Position numbers and translations under genes: made by a program | Assembly (NCBI GenBank): GCA_016721435.1 | Contig: JADKIC010000003.1 | Coordinates: forward strand, 117,102-181,101 | Length of the DNA stretch: 64,000 nucleotides | Source of the DNA: Bacteroidota bacterium | GTDB lineage: Bacteria; Bacteroidota; Bacteroidia; AKYH767-A; OLB10 | Reading direction: 5' to 3' | Part shown: piece by piece, positions 63,840 through 64,000 of the stretch | Layout: every line of letters starts with the position of its first letter | How positions within the stretch are numbered: the stretch's first letter is position 1 | Notes under the pieces: generated by a model | What the model saw: only the letters and a program-made list of their open reading frames with translations | Database searches by the model: none | Told to the model about the DNA's origin: nothing

Positions 63840-64000
63840 CAGTCAAACGACTGGTTCGACTGTGAAGCCTGCTCTCGAATCTTTTCGTATTCTTCCGCCG
63901 TGAGGTCGTTGAAGAAGAAATTGATCGGGTTGATTTTCTTGCCGTTCTTGATGACTTCATAATGCACGTGCGGACCGGTAGAAGATCCCGTGTTCCCTAC
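63840..64000 (-). CDS. M23-family peptidase, C-terminal part (5' end outside window)
   Basis: ...GNTGSSTGPHVHYEVIKNGKKINPINFF LytM-domain motif; stop at 63840-63842. Confidence 0.6.

Overview
Chromosomal window from a Bacteroidota genome that is mostly housekeeping and cell-envelope genes. The taxonomic call rests on T9SS C-terminal sorting domains, an adjacent porU/porV-like gene pair, PorV, TAnnTTTG -7 promoter boxes, many lipoproteins and a PnuC/NadR pair.

Recognised genes:
- DNA and information processing: mutS, smc, ruvC, greA, ung, era, der.
- Metabolism: ahcY, mgtE behind an M-box Mg2+ riboswitch, cystathionine beta-synthase, a PcrB-like GGGP synthase with an Sfp-type PPTase, hldD, gtrA, mqnD, and a UbiD-family decarboxylase.
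- Type IX secretion: a candidate porU-porV locus preceded by a ~1230-aa CarbopepD-type TonB-dependent-receptor-like protein, and two T9SS-cargo zinc metalloproteases (M12B-like and M43-like).
- Outer membrane and secreted: an Omp85 protein, a patatin-Omp85 fusion, an S9 peptidase, and a disrupted penicillin-acylase homolog.
- Mobile and repeat content: one IS110-family IS with a long hairpin in its non-coding left end, a tRNA-Gly(GCC) and a tRNA-Leu(UAA), and a GIY-YIG cassette with a truncated four-helix-bundle gene.

Two structures are the most unusual:
- Two tandem arrays of a 22-bp perfect palindrome, GTGACAGGTCGCGACCTGTCAC, at about 48.15-48.35 kb and 63.20-63.45 kb. The inter-palindrome filler is near-identical within each array, so they are not CRISPR. 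Each array abuts the stop codons of convergent genes. Together they bracket a 14.8-kb segment, and one of them cuts the four-helix-bundle gene.
- Each tRNA gene is followed by a partial 3'-half copy of itself with a foreign insertion placed exactly in the T-loop.

At least 17 genes, including essential era, der, smc and porV, are broken by +1/-1 frame slips at short homopolymers. This looks like systematic indel error in the assembly rather than real pseudogenisation. I merged the ORF-track fragments into single genes and typed them as pseudogene, but they are probably intact in vivo.

No cas genes, reverse transcriptase, integrase or recognisable defence operon are present.
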